Assembly (NCBI GenBank): GCA_048884965.1
Contig: JBHLQH010000001.1
Location: 224,001-288,000, forward strand
Length of the DNA: 64,000 nt
From: Candidatus Thorarchaeota archaeon
GTDB taxonomy: Archaea; Asgardarchaeota; Thorarchaeia; Thorarchaeales; Thorarchaeaceae
Reading direction: 5' to 3'
The notes under the pieces are model-generated. The model was given only the letters and a program-made list of their open reading frames with translations. It ran no database searches and was not told the origin of the DNA. Shown here piece after piece: positions 1 through 9,200 of the stretch. A program made the translations under genes and the position numbers. Position 1 is the stretch's first letter. Each line of letters starts with the position of its first letter.

Positions 1-412
1 CAATATCTATTCCCACACTGAGGAGTTCCATCTGCTCTGCTTTATCATACATTGGAATAATCTGAGTTCTTGGCTCTGATGAGATTCTTGTGATTTCTTG
101 CTCCTGTAAAGACGCCTTGATTCTCTGTTGTTCTGAGCTAGCAAGAGCTGCATTCAAGATAGGACTAACTTCTGCCACGAGCCTGTCAAAGTGTGGTCCT
201 GGTTGAAGAACTGAAGTAAGAGCTGGCTTGAACTCCTTGATCAGCTGTAGATAGTCTAGCGATTCTGCATGATATTGATCTAAGAGGGTTTCATACTCCT
301 TCGTGAATAACGCTTCAATTGTGGTAGCATTATCACCGAAATGCTCTCTGAAGTACTCACTCACAATCTCGATGATTTGCCATTTGAGTCGGTTGGCGTC
401 TATTATGTTCAG
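1..412 (-). CDS. EutA-like (ASKHA/actin-fold) protein, paralog 2; runs off the left window edge
   Basis: Not in the ORF track. Manual translation gives LNIIDANRLKWQIIEIVSEYFREHF...KEFKPALTSVLQPGPHFDRLV...MELLSVGIDI. This matches the N-terminus (RPALSSVLQPCEEFD) and the FLSVGIDIG motif of 409..2457. Probable CTG start overlaps the upstream TGA (CTGA). Confidence 0.85.
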   Translation of the reverse strand, partial: MNIIDANRLKWQIIEIVSEYFREHFGDNATTIEALFTKEYETLLDQYHAESLDYLQLIKEFKPALTSVLQPGPHFDRLVAEVSPILNAALASSEQQRIKASLQEQEITRISSEPRTQIIPMYDKAEQMELLSVGIDI

Positions 413-2457
413 ACCCCCAGCGAGTACTCTCTGTTCGCATTGAAGACCAAGCTTTTCACAGTAACTGGAAACGCTTCGGTTTCTTTCAATGGTGCTCCAA
501 TGTCTATCCAATCACCAGCTTTAAGGTCAAGTTCATCGATGACCAGAATGTTCTGTTGAATCGAGGTTTCATCACGAATTGCAAGACCCAACCTCTTTGC
601 AACATCATATCCGAAGATTAGGATAATCATCTTGCTATTCGATACAGAATTTGGTAGAGCTTTCTCTATAGTCTTAGCAAAAGGTGCCAGCCATTCATCG
701 CCAGAGTAAAGCCGCGAAAAGATCATCTCTTTGAAGTACAGCGCAACTGTGTCCTGGCCCTCGATCATGTCGAATGTTGTGAATGCTCTCTTGATTTCTC
801 CCTCGAGTATCTCAGGTGTGAATTCTCTCATACCAAGATTTACAGGCAGAACCGGAACGTTTCCTACTGGGAGTTCAATGTCATCGTCAAAGAATGTGGT
901 AGATCCGGAAACGGAGAGTGAAAAGGAACCGGCTCCGATTACTGTTGCTCGTATCTTATTCTCTGGCTCAACAATTGTGAGTCCATGTGCTTCTACAAGG
1001 ACTTTGATTTCCTGTGCCAGTATAACTCCGATGTCGTCGAAGTCGCCCTCATTGCCGTAGTACAACTCAGCAATCCCTCCTGAGAAGGAATAGACGTCTA
1101 CTGGTATAGTGAAGTCTAAATTATCTGTCATCATCAGTTCTTTAGCAATGACACTCTTAGCGGGACCAAGCATTGTTTCAACTAGTGCTTTTGCATATTC
1201 TCGAGCAATAGCTCTTGCATCACCTTCAGGAATTATATCTCCAATCTTGTAGTTCATTCCTAGCTCTTTCATAACGAGCTGAGTAGGGCTGTCTATCCTC
1301 CAGATCTTGAAAGATCTGTCAATTCCTAAGAGACGCCCTCCAACGTTTATACAACTTGTACTGAGGACCTTACCGTTGGACACAATCGCCAAGTTACTTG
1401 TCCCTCCTCCAATATCGATATGAAGAATGGTTTTCCTATCGCGGAATGACTGATCAACAATTCCACTCCCCATTGCACTGAGAAGGGACTCCAGATTGGG
1501 GCCTGCTGCAGCACTTACAAATTTTCCCGATTCTGAGGATAGACGGTTTACTATTTCAGCTGCATTCTGTTTCTTTGCGGTTTCACCTGTCACAACCACT
1601 GCGCCAGTTTCAACCATCTCAGGAGTGATTCCAGCTTTCTTGTACTCTTCTTGGCAGAATAGGATCACAGCATCGATATCAATATTGAATCTATCAATCA
1701 GGGGTGTGAAAATGATGTCACTCTCATAGATGATCTCGCGATTAACGAGATTGAAGCGGTTTGTGATATTGAACAAGCTTGTTTCTCTCTTTAGCGTAAG
1801 TTTGGAGAAGATAAGATGCGATGTTGAAGAACCGATATCTATTCCAACACTCAGGAACTTCATATACTCGACATTCTCAGATGGAATATGCATCATCAGC
1901 AGCTCAATCGGTTCAAATGGCTCCTCATTCTCAGCCACTTCCACTTTGTCTTCATCTCTCTTAGAGATCCTGATCTTCATACTCGACCCACAGTGTGCTG
2001 GGACCTCTACCTCTTCTTCTGAATTGAGAATCTCCATCTTCTTCTCACGGGGAACATCTATCACCTGTTCACAGACCGCACAATAGAATTCAAGATCAAT
2101 CGATCTATCGCTCCCGGGCATGACGGGACCTTTCTTAGGAGCGGCTGGTTTTGATTTTCTACGGTGTGCTCCTTCCCACGATGCTTTGACCATGTACTGA
2201 ATCATTGTCATGAGAGTATCAAATTCCTCACAAGGTTGGAGGACCGAAGATAATGCAGGTCTAAATGAAATAATGAGATTTCGCATGCCTTCTACTTCAG
2301 ATTCATCATTCTTCTCTTGATTCTCTACGAGTCTAACATACTCCTTCTCGAAGGCTTCTCCTATTAGTTCTGCATCCTCCGGAAGGTGTTTCTCGAAAAA
2401 GCCTTTGACGACACTAACGATGTGGTTCTTCATATTTTCGACCATGTCTTCAATCAT
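409..2457 (-). CDS. eutA: Ethanolamine ammonia-lyase reactivase EutA-like ATPase with N-terminal helical domain and Zn-ribbon
   Basis: SVGIDIGSSTSH, VVTGETAKKQNA, SAAAGPNLES, DIGGGTSN, FSGG, IRATVIGAG, GDWIDIG and PVTVKSLVF are EutA hallmarks. ~200 aa N-terminal extension includes CAVC...HC. Confidence 0.85.
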   Translation of the reverse strand: MIEDMVENMKNHIVSVVKGFFEKHLPEDAELIGEAFEKEYVRLVENQEKNDESEVEGMRNLIISFRPALSSVLQPCEEFDTLMTMIQYMVKASWEGAHRRKSKPAAPKKGPVMPGSDRSIDLEFYCAVCEQVIDVPREKKMEILNSEEEVEVPAHCGSSMKIRISKRDEDKVEVAENEEPFEPIELLMMHIPSENVEYMKFLSVGIDIGSSTSHLIFSKLTLKRETSLFNITNRFNLVNREIIYESDIIFTPLIDRFNIDIDAVILFCQEEYKKAGITPEMVETGAVVVTGETAKKQNAAEIVNRLSSESGKFVSAAAGPNLESLLSAMGSGIVDQSFRDRKTILHIDIGGGTSNLAIVSNGKVLSTSCINVGGRLLGIDRSFKIWRIDSPTQLVMKELGMNYKIGDIIPEGDARAIAREYAKALVETMLGPAKSVIAKELMMTDNLDFTIPVDVYSFSGGIAELYYGNEGDFDDIGVILAQEIKVLVEAHGLTIVEPENKIRATVIGAGSFSLSVSGSTTFFDDDIELPVGNVPVLPVNLGMREFTPEILEGEIKRAFTTFDMIEGQDTVALYFKEMIFSRLYSGDEWLAPFAKTIEKALPNSVSNSKMIILIFGYDVAKRLGLAIRDETSIQQNILVIDELDLKAGDWIDIGAPLKETEAFPVTVKSLVFNANREYSLGV

Positions 2458-2499
2458 CGATGATCATCCTCTGTAGCTCTCTTGCAAGATGTATTCGTA

Positions 2500-2540
2500 T
2501 CGACTTATAAAAGATATGTTTATATATTATAAAATACAAT
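2500..2540. promoter_or_regulatory. AT-rich divergent promoter region with TATA-like boxes
   Basis: TTATAAAA and TTTATATATTATAAAA lie between divergent genes. Confidence 0.5.
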
Positions 2541-2548
2541 AATGTATT

Positions 2549-3169
2549 ATGACTCAAAAGGACAGGATTCCATTTCTTTCAGTGCCAGCTGAATCAGGGG
2601 AGCAGGTCCAGCAACGGCTCGTAGAACTGAATTTGCTAGACCCACTTAGAAAAATGGAGAGTCGAAGTGGGAAGATATTCTTTCCTTTGGGGAAGGAGAT
2701 AGTCATGAGTAGTGTATTTCCCGAGATGGACACTGGGGACTGGATTATTGGCTTTAAGAGATTTAGACCAGTGGTATCGGAATCTAAAGCGGTCAAGCGG
2801 AAAAAGATACAAGGAAAAAATAGGGGTAGGAGGACTTTGGCGGAACGTGTAGAATCAATCTTTGAGTTCATAGATATGCAACCCGAACCATTTCCAAAAT
2901 CCGAGTTCCAGAAAATTGGTCTCAATCCAACAACTGCTGAAAGCTGGGTTCGCCTTATCGAGTATATCCAGAATCAGCCAATGATCAAAGTCACACAAAT
3001 GGGATCCTCGACATATATCGAACGACTTGAGAATAGATATCTTAGCATGCTTAGAAAGAGAGTTCTTAATCCAAGTCTGTCAATGAAAGAAAGGACCCAA
3101 ACGATGGAAGATTATATCGGTGCACTCATTACTCTCGAGAAAATCGAAGACGGACGAATCAAGAAATAA
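2549..3169 (+). CDS. Hypothetical protein: Trm5/Tyw2-N-like small domain plus probable winged-HTH
   Basis: The N-terminus (LVELNLLD...KIFFPL) resembles Trm5 N-domains. The C-terminus (RTLAERVESIFEFI...IGLNPTTAESWVRLI...IKVTQMGSSTYIE) has a wHTH pattern. Confidence 0.45.
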   Translation: MTQKDRIPFLSVPAESGEQVQQRLVELNLLDPLRKMESRSGKIFFPLGKEIVMSSVFPEMDTGDWIIGFKRFRPVVSESKAVKRKKIQGKNRGRRTLAERVESIFEFIDMQPEPFPKSEFQKIGLNPTTAESWVRLIEYIQNQPMIKVTQMGSSTYIERLENRYLSMLRKRVLNPSLSMKERTQTMEDYIGALITLEKIEDGRIKK

Positions 3170-3192
3170 TATCAAAGCAATCAATTTGATAG

Positions 3193-3849
3193 TTACAGCC
3201 TCAGTAGACGGAAGTCACACTTACCATTACCTTCTGCTATGATTTCTGTTCGTTCGAATCTAATCCACTTGGAGATGGCTTCCATCATCAAGTAATCGTA
3301 TTCGCATAGGATAGGTCCCAATTCTGGATGCTCATTTGCCTTGAAGATATCAAAGTAGAAGCACTTCGTGATGTCGAACCCTAGCTCATTATCATTATCT
3401 GCAACATATTCTAGATCGAAGTATTGATTCTCATAGTTGTTTTGATTTCCTGTCTTTATATACTCAACAATGGTCTTCCAAGTATCTTCACTGGATTCCG
3501 CGTGAGCCCTGAAGCTGTCAATCGTTTGCTGTATCATATCCTGATAGATTGCAAGAACATGCTGTTTGAATTCCTCAAATGAAACTTTTTCCTGTTGAAG
3601 TACCTCATATAATGCAAGTACAAATGTAGGATTTACTCCATGACGTTTTGAAACAAAATCTGGCATCAAGTCTGCATTCTTCGAGAATACTCTATAGAAA
3701 GCATCTTCGAATCGATTTGCACAATTGCCAGCTTTCCAAACACCATAGGTTTTGGTCAGGTGAGAATAGGTTAAAGTTTTGAGATATCCTACCATTTGTT
3801 CTATGAACTCAGCTTCTGACATGATTTTCTGGGCTAGTTTTTTCATCAT
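3193..3849 (-). CDS. L-2-amino-thiazoline-4-carboxylate hydrolase-family (ATC hydrolase-like) protein
   Basis: Three-Cys C-terminal pattern: KCFY...LCEYD...RTEIIAEGNGKCDF. Confidence 0.7.
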   Translation of the reverse strand: MMKKLAQKIMSEAEFIEQMVGYLKTLTYSHLTKTYGVWKAGNCANRFEDAFYRVFSKNADLMPDFVSKRHGVNPTFVLALYEVLQQEKVSFEEFKQHVLAIYQDMIQQTIDSFRAHAESSEDTWKTIVEYIKTGNQNNYENQYFDLEYVADNDNELGFDITKCFYFDIFKANEHPELGPILCEYDYLMMEAISKWIRFERTEIIAEGNGKCDFRLLRL

Positions 3850-3910
3850 ATTAACTCATCTTGTAGTAACGTATTGTGACTCCTTTCTGTGACCCTTTTT
3901 TGTGGCTTCG

Positions 3911-3920
3911 GTATATATAC
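3911..3920. promoter_or_regulatory. Palindromic TATA element GTATATATAC
   Basis: About 30 nt upstream of the ATG at 3952, in a divergent intergenic region. Confidence 0.55.
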
Positions 3921-3951
3921 TAAATCTGGTACCATATACTTGTGAAATATC

Positions 3952-4053
3952 ATGGCTCTAGCAACTAACTACCGAACTGATTTCGTAAAGAAGAACAAAC
4001 AGGTCGTTTCGACCAAGGCTGTAGGTTATGCCTATGCAACTGTTGTGAGGTAA
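3952..4053 (+). CDS. Small peptide 1 (33 aa) MALATNYRTDFVKKNKQVVSTKAVGYAYATVVR
   Basis: ATG..TAA just downstream of the TATA element; similar to peptide 2; below the ORF-track size cutoff. Confidence 0.65.
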   Translation: MALATNYRTDFVKKNKQVVSTKAVGYAYATVVR

Positions 4054-4059
4054 TTGGAA

Positions 4060-4149
4060 ATGGCTCTTTCCAAGAACACCTATTCACGAAGCACTACTCG
4101 TCCCAAGATTGTCACTGACGCAATCGCTCATGCTTATCTTAGGAGGTAG
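4060..4149 (+). CDS. Small peptide 2 (29 aa) MALSKNTYSRSTTRPKIVTDAIAHAYLRR
   Basis: GAGGT RBS 8 nt before the ATG. Shares the MAL start and TxA[VI][GA][YH]AY motif with peptide 1. Confidence 0.65.
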   Translation: MALSKNTYSRSTTRPKIVTDAIAHAYLRR

Positions 4150-4154
4150 ACCCA

Positions 4155-5480
4155 CTGACCCTCATTACGGCGGAAGAAGCTGAGGTTAGCAAACCTGGCT
4201 TCTCAACTATTCTTCACCGTCCTGACTATCTTCGCCTTTGGCTGGGACAGGTCGTATCAAATGTCGGCACCGCAATAAGCTCACTTGCTCTTCTGTTCTT
4301 TGCCTATTATCTGACTGGTTCTGCCCTTGCAATGGCTATCCTGTCAATCGCACGTGTCGTTCCTGTAGTCCTTTTCTCCGGATTCATTGGCGTCTATGTT
4401 GACCGATGGGATCGAAAGAAGATAATGATAGGTTCTGATCTTCTCCGGACACTCCTCATTCTCCTTATTCCTCTCTCTATCTATTTCCCCCAGAATCTAC
4501 CAACTATCTATTGGGTCTACATTCTAACATTCCTCTACGCCTCTGCTGATGCGTGGTTCTATCCTGCCAGAAATGCCTCGATACCCAATCTTGTTGAAGG
4601 AAAAGAGCTTGTCACCGCGAACTCGTTGTCACAAATGACTTTCCAAGTTGTTCAATTGACGATCCCTCCCTTGGGTGGTGTACTAATTGCACTTCTTGCC
4701 CCCGATTACTTTCTGGCATTTGCGATAAACTCCATTGCCTTTGTCTTGTCAGCAATTTCACTATCTGGTATCAAGACAAATCTAAGACCCCAAAATAGCA
4801 CATCTGAGAAGGAAGCAATGCTCTCCCAGATCTCTGCAGGTGCAAAGGTTGTGATTCAGAATGCAGTTCTCAGTTTCATCTTTGTATTTGCTATTCTGCT
4901 CGCAGTTTCTTCGGGTATTCTCAATGCTCTACTAGTACCTCATTTACAAGGCTATCTTGGGCTTTCTGAAGGGGAGATTGGTCTTCTTATGAGTCTAGGC
5001 GCAGCTTCTGGAATAGTGATAGCTCTTTATCTTGGAAAGAAATCCGACCTGAAGCATCCTCTTGCCATGGTGAACATTGCTGGGATAATTGCTGGTATTG
5101 CTGTTCTTGGTTTCTCTCTTGCTGAAGGATTCGTAGCTGTTGCCCTTTCGTGGACCATCATTGCATCTGTTGATGTGATCCTTAACATCCCCCTAAGTGT
5201 CATAATGCAAAAGCTTGTAGCAGACAAGATGCGTGGAAGAGTATTCTCATTGTTATCAGTGGCTTTCACATCCTTCCAAGTAATCGGAATGGGCATTGGA
5301 GGCATCTGGGCTGAAACGATTGGATCAACCATTCTCCCACTCTTCATATCTGGACTTGCTTTCTTCTTGGTGTCGATAATAGCTGCTCTCTATCTCAAGC
5401 AGTCCCACCTTGGTAGTCGTCTATCAATTATGCTGAGTTCCTCGACCGAAGATCAGTTGGTAGTTGCTAGAACCGATTAG
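4155..5480 (+). CDS. MFS exporter (DHA3/MefA-like)
   Basis: The frame is open upstream of 4332 to a CTG at 4155 preceded by AGGAGGT. This adds TM1 (YLRLWLGQVVSNVG). Motif A GVYVDRWDRKK and RGRV are present. Confidence 0.9.
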   Translation: MTLITAEEAEVSKPGFSTILHRPDYLRLWLGQVVSNVGTAISSLALLFFAYYLTGSALAMAILSIARVVPVVLFSGFIGVYVDRWDRKKIMIGSDLLRTLLILLIPLSIYFPQNLPTIYWVYILTFLYASADAWFYPARNASIPNLVEGKELVTANSLSQMTFQVVQLTIPPLGGVLIALLAPDYFLAFAINSIAFVLSAISLSGIKTNLRPQNSTSEKEAMLSQISAGAKVVIQNAVLSFIFVFAILLAVSSGILNALLVPHLQGYLGLSEGEIGLLMSLGAASGIVIALYLGKKSDLKHPLAMVNIAGIIAGIAVLGFSLAEGFVAVALSWTIIASVDVILNIPLSVIMQKLVADKMRGRVFSLLSVAFTSFQVIGMGIGGIWAETIGSTILPLFISGLAFFLVSIIAALYLKQSHLGSRLSIMLSSSTEDQLVVARTD

Positions 5481-5521
5481 GTCGAGACCTCAGAGGCCCT
5501 CCTCAAAATAGGATGGGTCTC

Positions 5522-5555
5522 GGGGAGAGTGATCAGTGAGCCCTGATCCCTCCCC
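5522..5555. terminator. Stem-loop between convergent genes
   Basis: GGGGAG-GATCAG...CTGATC-CTCCCC imperfect inverted repeat. Confidence 0.5.
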
Positions 5556-5561
5556 ACCCTC

Positions 5562-6197
5562 TTACTTTCTCAGAATCTCTTTCGATTCTTCGAAATATTC
5601 AAGATCCCCTTTTGAAATCAAAACTACAATGTAGAGGAAATGCTTCAGGAAGATATCGAAATCGCTAGAATCAAGAAGATCGGTTAAGAGAATCCTCTTC
5701 TTTCTGGGTATCTTCTTCAAGTATTTTTGAAGGTCATCGAGAAAGACCGAGTCTTCTGATGAGAATTTGAAGTCATCTGGAACCCCTGTAATCTCAGGTA
5801 TTTGCTCCTTAGGTAATGGCCTAGATAGTGCATCAAGATGCTGTATTACTCTGTCGAGTGATCTATTCAATGCATCTGGAGATATACGAGTCATTTTTAG
5901 TGGCTGTTTATAGACAATCAGACTGCTAAGGTCTCTAGGTTTGAGTTCCTTCAATCTACTTACATAAAGCTCGGGTGCTGCAAGAATCCTCGCTAGCTCC
6001 TGTACGCGAATTATCTTTGAGCCCAACATCTCATTGAGCATCTCATCAATATCAAGTCGCGAATCTACATCAGCTGTGAGCTTTCTTAGGTCTTGATACG
6101 CCTCAGCAAGACCCACATCAAGAGGATCGAGTTTTCCCTTCTCAACAGAGTCTACTAATTTCTGTACCTTTGATAGTAGCTTCTCTGTCGTTGTCAA
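5562..6197 (-). CDS. Kleisin/ScpA-like protein
   Basis: Directly after the SMC gene. N-terminal LDPLDVGL and C-terminal FLKHFLYIVVLISKGDL resemble ScpA motifs. Likely TTG start after GAGGTGA. Confidence 0.6.
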   Translation of the reverse strand: MTTTEKLLSKVQKLVDSVEKGKLDPLDVGLAEAYQDLRKLTADVDSRLDIDEMLNEMLGSKIIRVQELARILAAPELYVSRLKELKPRDLSSLIVYKQPLKMTRISPDALNRSLDRVIQHLDALSRPLPKEQIPEITGVPDDFKFSSEDSVFLDDLQKYLKKIPRKKRILLTDLLDSSDFDIFLKHFLYIVVLISKGDLEYFEESKEILRK

Positions 6198-6207
6198 CTT
6201 CTCACCT

Positions 6208-9200
6208 CTATTGCTCCTCAAATTGAGGGCTTTCTATTACAACGGATGGCTCTGTTCCACCTGGTGATACTACACCAATTCGCTTGTCAGCATGTCTCAT
6301 CAGATGCGTGCTCTTTGCTGGAGTGAGTAGGATGAATTGACTCCTGCGTGATGAATCATGAAGAAGTCGACTCACCATTTCAGTATTAGTAGCATCAAGA
6401 AAGGTATCAATCTCATCCATCGCATAGACTGGAGCTGGATTAGATCTCTGCAATGCTAGTATCAGACCAATCGCAATAAGAGACCTCTCACCACCAGAAC
6501 CGGCACTCAATGCTCCGAATTCTTCTCCCTTGATTCTAGTCTTGAATTCAACACCATACTCCTGACTGGATGTGCTAAGCTGAAATTTCACTTCTCCTGC
6601 GAATCTTACGGTTCCAAGAATTAGGTTCACTTCTGTTTCTACCTTGTTCAGAACGTCATTCATTCCATCATGATACTGCTTCTTGATGTCCTTGACTGTT
6701 TCCTCAGCCTCTTTCAATTCCTCTTGGATATCCCCGACCTTAGTTTTCAATTCTAAAAGCCTGTCCTTGAGCTGATTCTCTGTGTGTGCGATTGTTTCAG
6801 AGATATCTCGATATTCATCTAATTGATGCCTGACACGGAGTAATTCATCCCTGACGGTATCAATCTCTCTAACGTTCTTCGGTCTTTTGCTCCCTTTGAG
6901 ATCTTCCTCGATGTTGGTTTTTTGATGTTGATATGTATCATGCTGTCGTTTCGATTGAAGAACTTGATACCTGCTGTTCTTCACCTGTAGATTCAACTCG
7001 AGTATCCTACCGCTTATTTCGCGAATGTTCCCTCGTATTTCCGTCTGTTGAGCAATAAGGTCATTGTACTTGACTGAGGTCTGATCCAAGCTCTCTCTTA
7101 GATTCTCGATGCTCTCCACAATCACAGAACCTTCGGATTTGGTAGAGCTTATCTCTTCACGAAGTTCATCAGCTCTTTCTGAGAGCATTCTTGTACTCTC
7201 CTCAAGTCCGCGAAGTTCCTGTCTCTTCGTTGCCTCATCTCTCTCAGTTACTTGGAGCTTTCCCTCAATTTCTGATAGCTGACTTCTAAGCTTTCGATAT
7301 CTCATTCTAATTGCAGACTGCTCTCCAACCAATCTACTGCGTTCAGGTGGTTGAGTCGAGTCCAATTTCTTAAGGACCCTTTCAGCCTCTCCAATCTTAC
7401 TTTGTAAGTCTTTGATATCATCATCCAAGGCTACTATCCGTTCTTCCTGTTGAGGAATCATATCACGAAGTTTCTTTCTCCGCTCCCATGTTCCACTCCA
7501 TCTAGTGATTTGACTGATTAGATCCATTATCTCTTCTCGCTCTTGAGTAACCTTCTCAATTCCACTCATGACTTCTGTCACTCGATTCTGTGCGAATTTG
7601 AGTTCTGTTTCTGCATCTCCTAGCCTTGCCTGAAGGGGTGCTGTTGCGATCACACCAGTGGGTTCTTGTCTTGGATAACTCACAATTCTCGTTTCTGAGG
7701 GTTCCATTCTTTGTCCCTCTAGGGAAACTGATAGCAAACCTTCTTTCTCTGACACTCTTGTGGAATCTTGGAACTTCGATACAACAACATAATCACCAAA
7801 TGCTTGTCTCAACTTGACAACAGATTCATCGTCTAGCTTGAGAAGTTCCCAAAGCCATCCCTCAACGCCCTTCCTCTTTGGTAGTTCAGGCTTTTCTGCA
7901 AGGGATTTACTTGATCGAAGAAGAATGATGGGTGAGCTGGCTTCAATTTCATTTCGAAGTCGTGTAAGTAGAGTGTACTCGGCTTCGTCCTCAACTAGGA
8001 ACGAGAACGCCATTTGACTTGGAATGACTGCTTCAAGTGCGGACGCGTATTCATCACTACCTGTAAGGAATTCAATTATTGGTCCTGTAACGGTTTCCAA
8101 CTTGTGTTCATGAACAGCCTCTTTCAGCTTTAGGACATTATCAGGTATCCTCTTCGAGCTCTCTGTTAATCTAACCTTGATCTCGTCTATCTCCTTCTGA
8201 AGTTGAGCCACTTGGCTTACGAATCTGAATCTTGACTCATTTAGATTAGAGAGTTCTCGTTCAGCCTGTGCTTTCTTCTTTACTAGTTCCTTTTCGTCGG
8301 TTCCTTCAAGAACAGTCCAAACATGCCCCCATTTATTCTCGATCGCTTGTAATTCAGCTTCATCCACCTGAAGCTTCTCTTGGAGGCTCCTGAAAAGAAG
8401 GTCCTTTCCTTTCAGATCGACCTGAAGCGCCCTGAAAGTTCCCAATGCATCTGACCTTCTGGTATTCCAATCTGCAAATGCTGCCAGCTCGTTTTCTATT
8501 CTAGTTCGTTCCTCTTCAATTTCATCTAGACTTAGAGTGGTCTGTTTCTGATCTTCTAACATGTGCTCCTTCGCTGAGCTTACTCTTCGGAGGTCCTCCT
8601 TTGTCTTGTCCATCTTACGTTTATCTACAGTGATTCTTTTCTCCAGCTCTCTAATCTCATCAAGAGTAGACTTAGTTTCCGATTCTATCTTGGATAATCT
8701 CCTCTCCTCCTCTTCAATTCGGGCGGTGATACTTCCCATCTCCCGCTGAAGTAGAGAGGTCTCCTTCTCAATTACTGTAGCCTTTTGCTCTTCCTTTGTG
8801 ATGGTTTCCTCGAATTTGGAGGTTTCCTCTAGGATCTCTCCAAGACCAAGTTCTTTCTCTTCTATTTCCTGCTTGATATCATCAATCCTTTTCGTTAAAT
8901 CATCTAGAGTAGCCCATTTGACTTCTTTATCCAATTCTTTCTCTTGAGTGAGAAGCTCTCTCTTGCGTTGAAGTCGATCAACATCATGCTGGAGCAGCTC
9001 AATTTCTCGTTCTACAATCTTCGCCTCGCTAGTGGCTGCTTCCAATCTCTCACGACTAAACTGAACTTTCACTTCTTCCATCAGAATTCGGTCACGAAGA
9101 ACACTAAGTCCCGTTCCCTCTTCCACTAATTTCCTCACCTCTATTGGATCCATATCTCTGAGAGCATTGATTCTCTCCTGAGGCATGAAAACTAGCGGAT

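Noticed and set aside
3952-4149. Single read-through or pseudogene ORF (both peptides are in the same frame, separated by TAA TTG GAA)
   Set aside because: The second ORF has its own RBS and ATG and repeats the MAL start and motif, so duplication fits better. TAA is not a Sec/Pyl codon.
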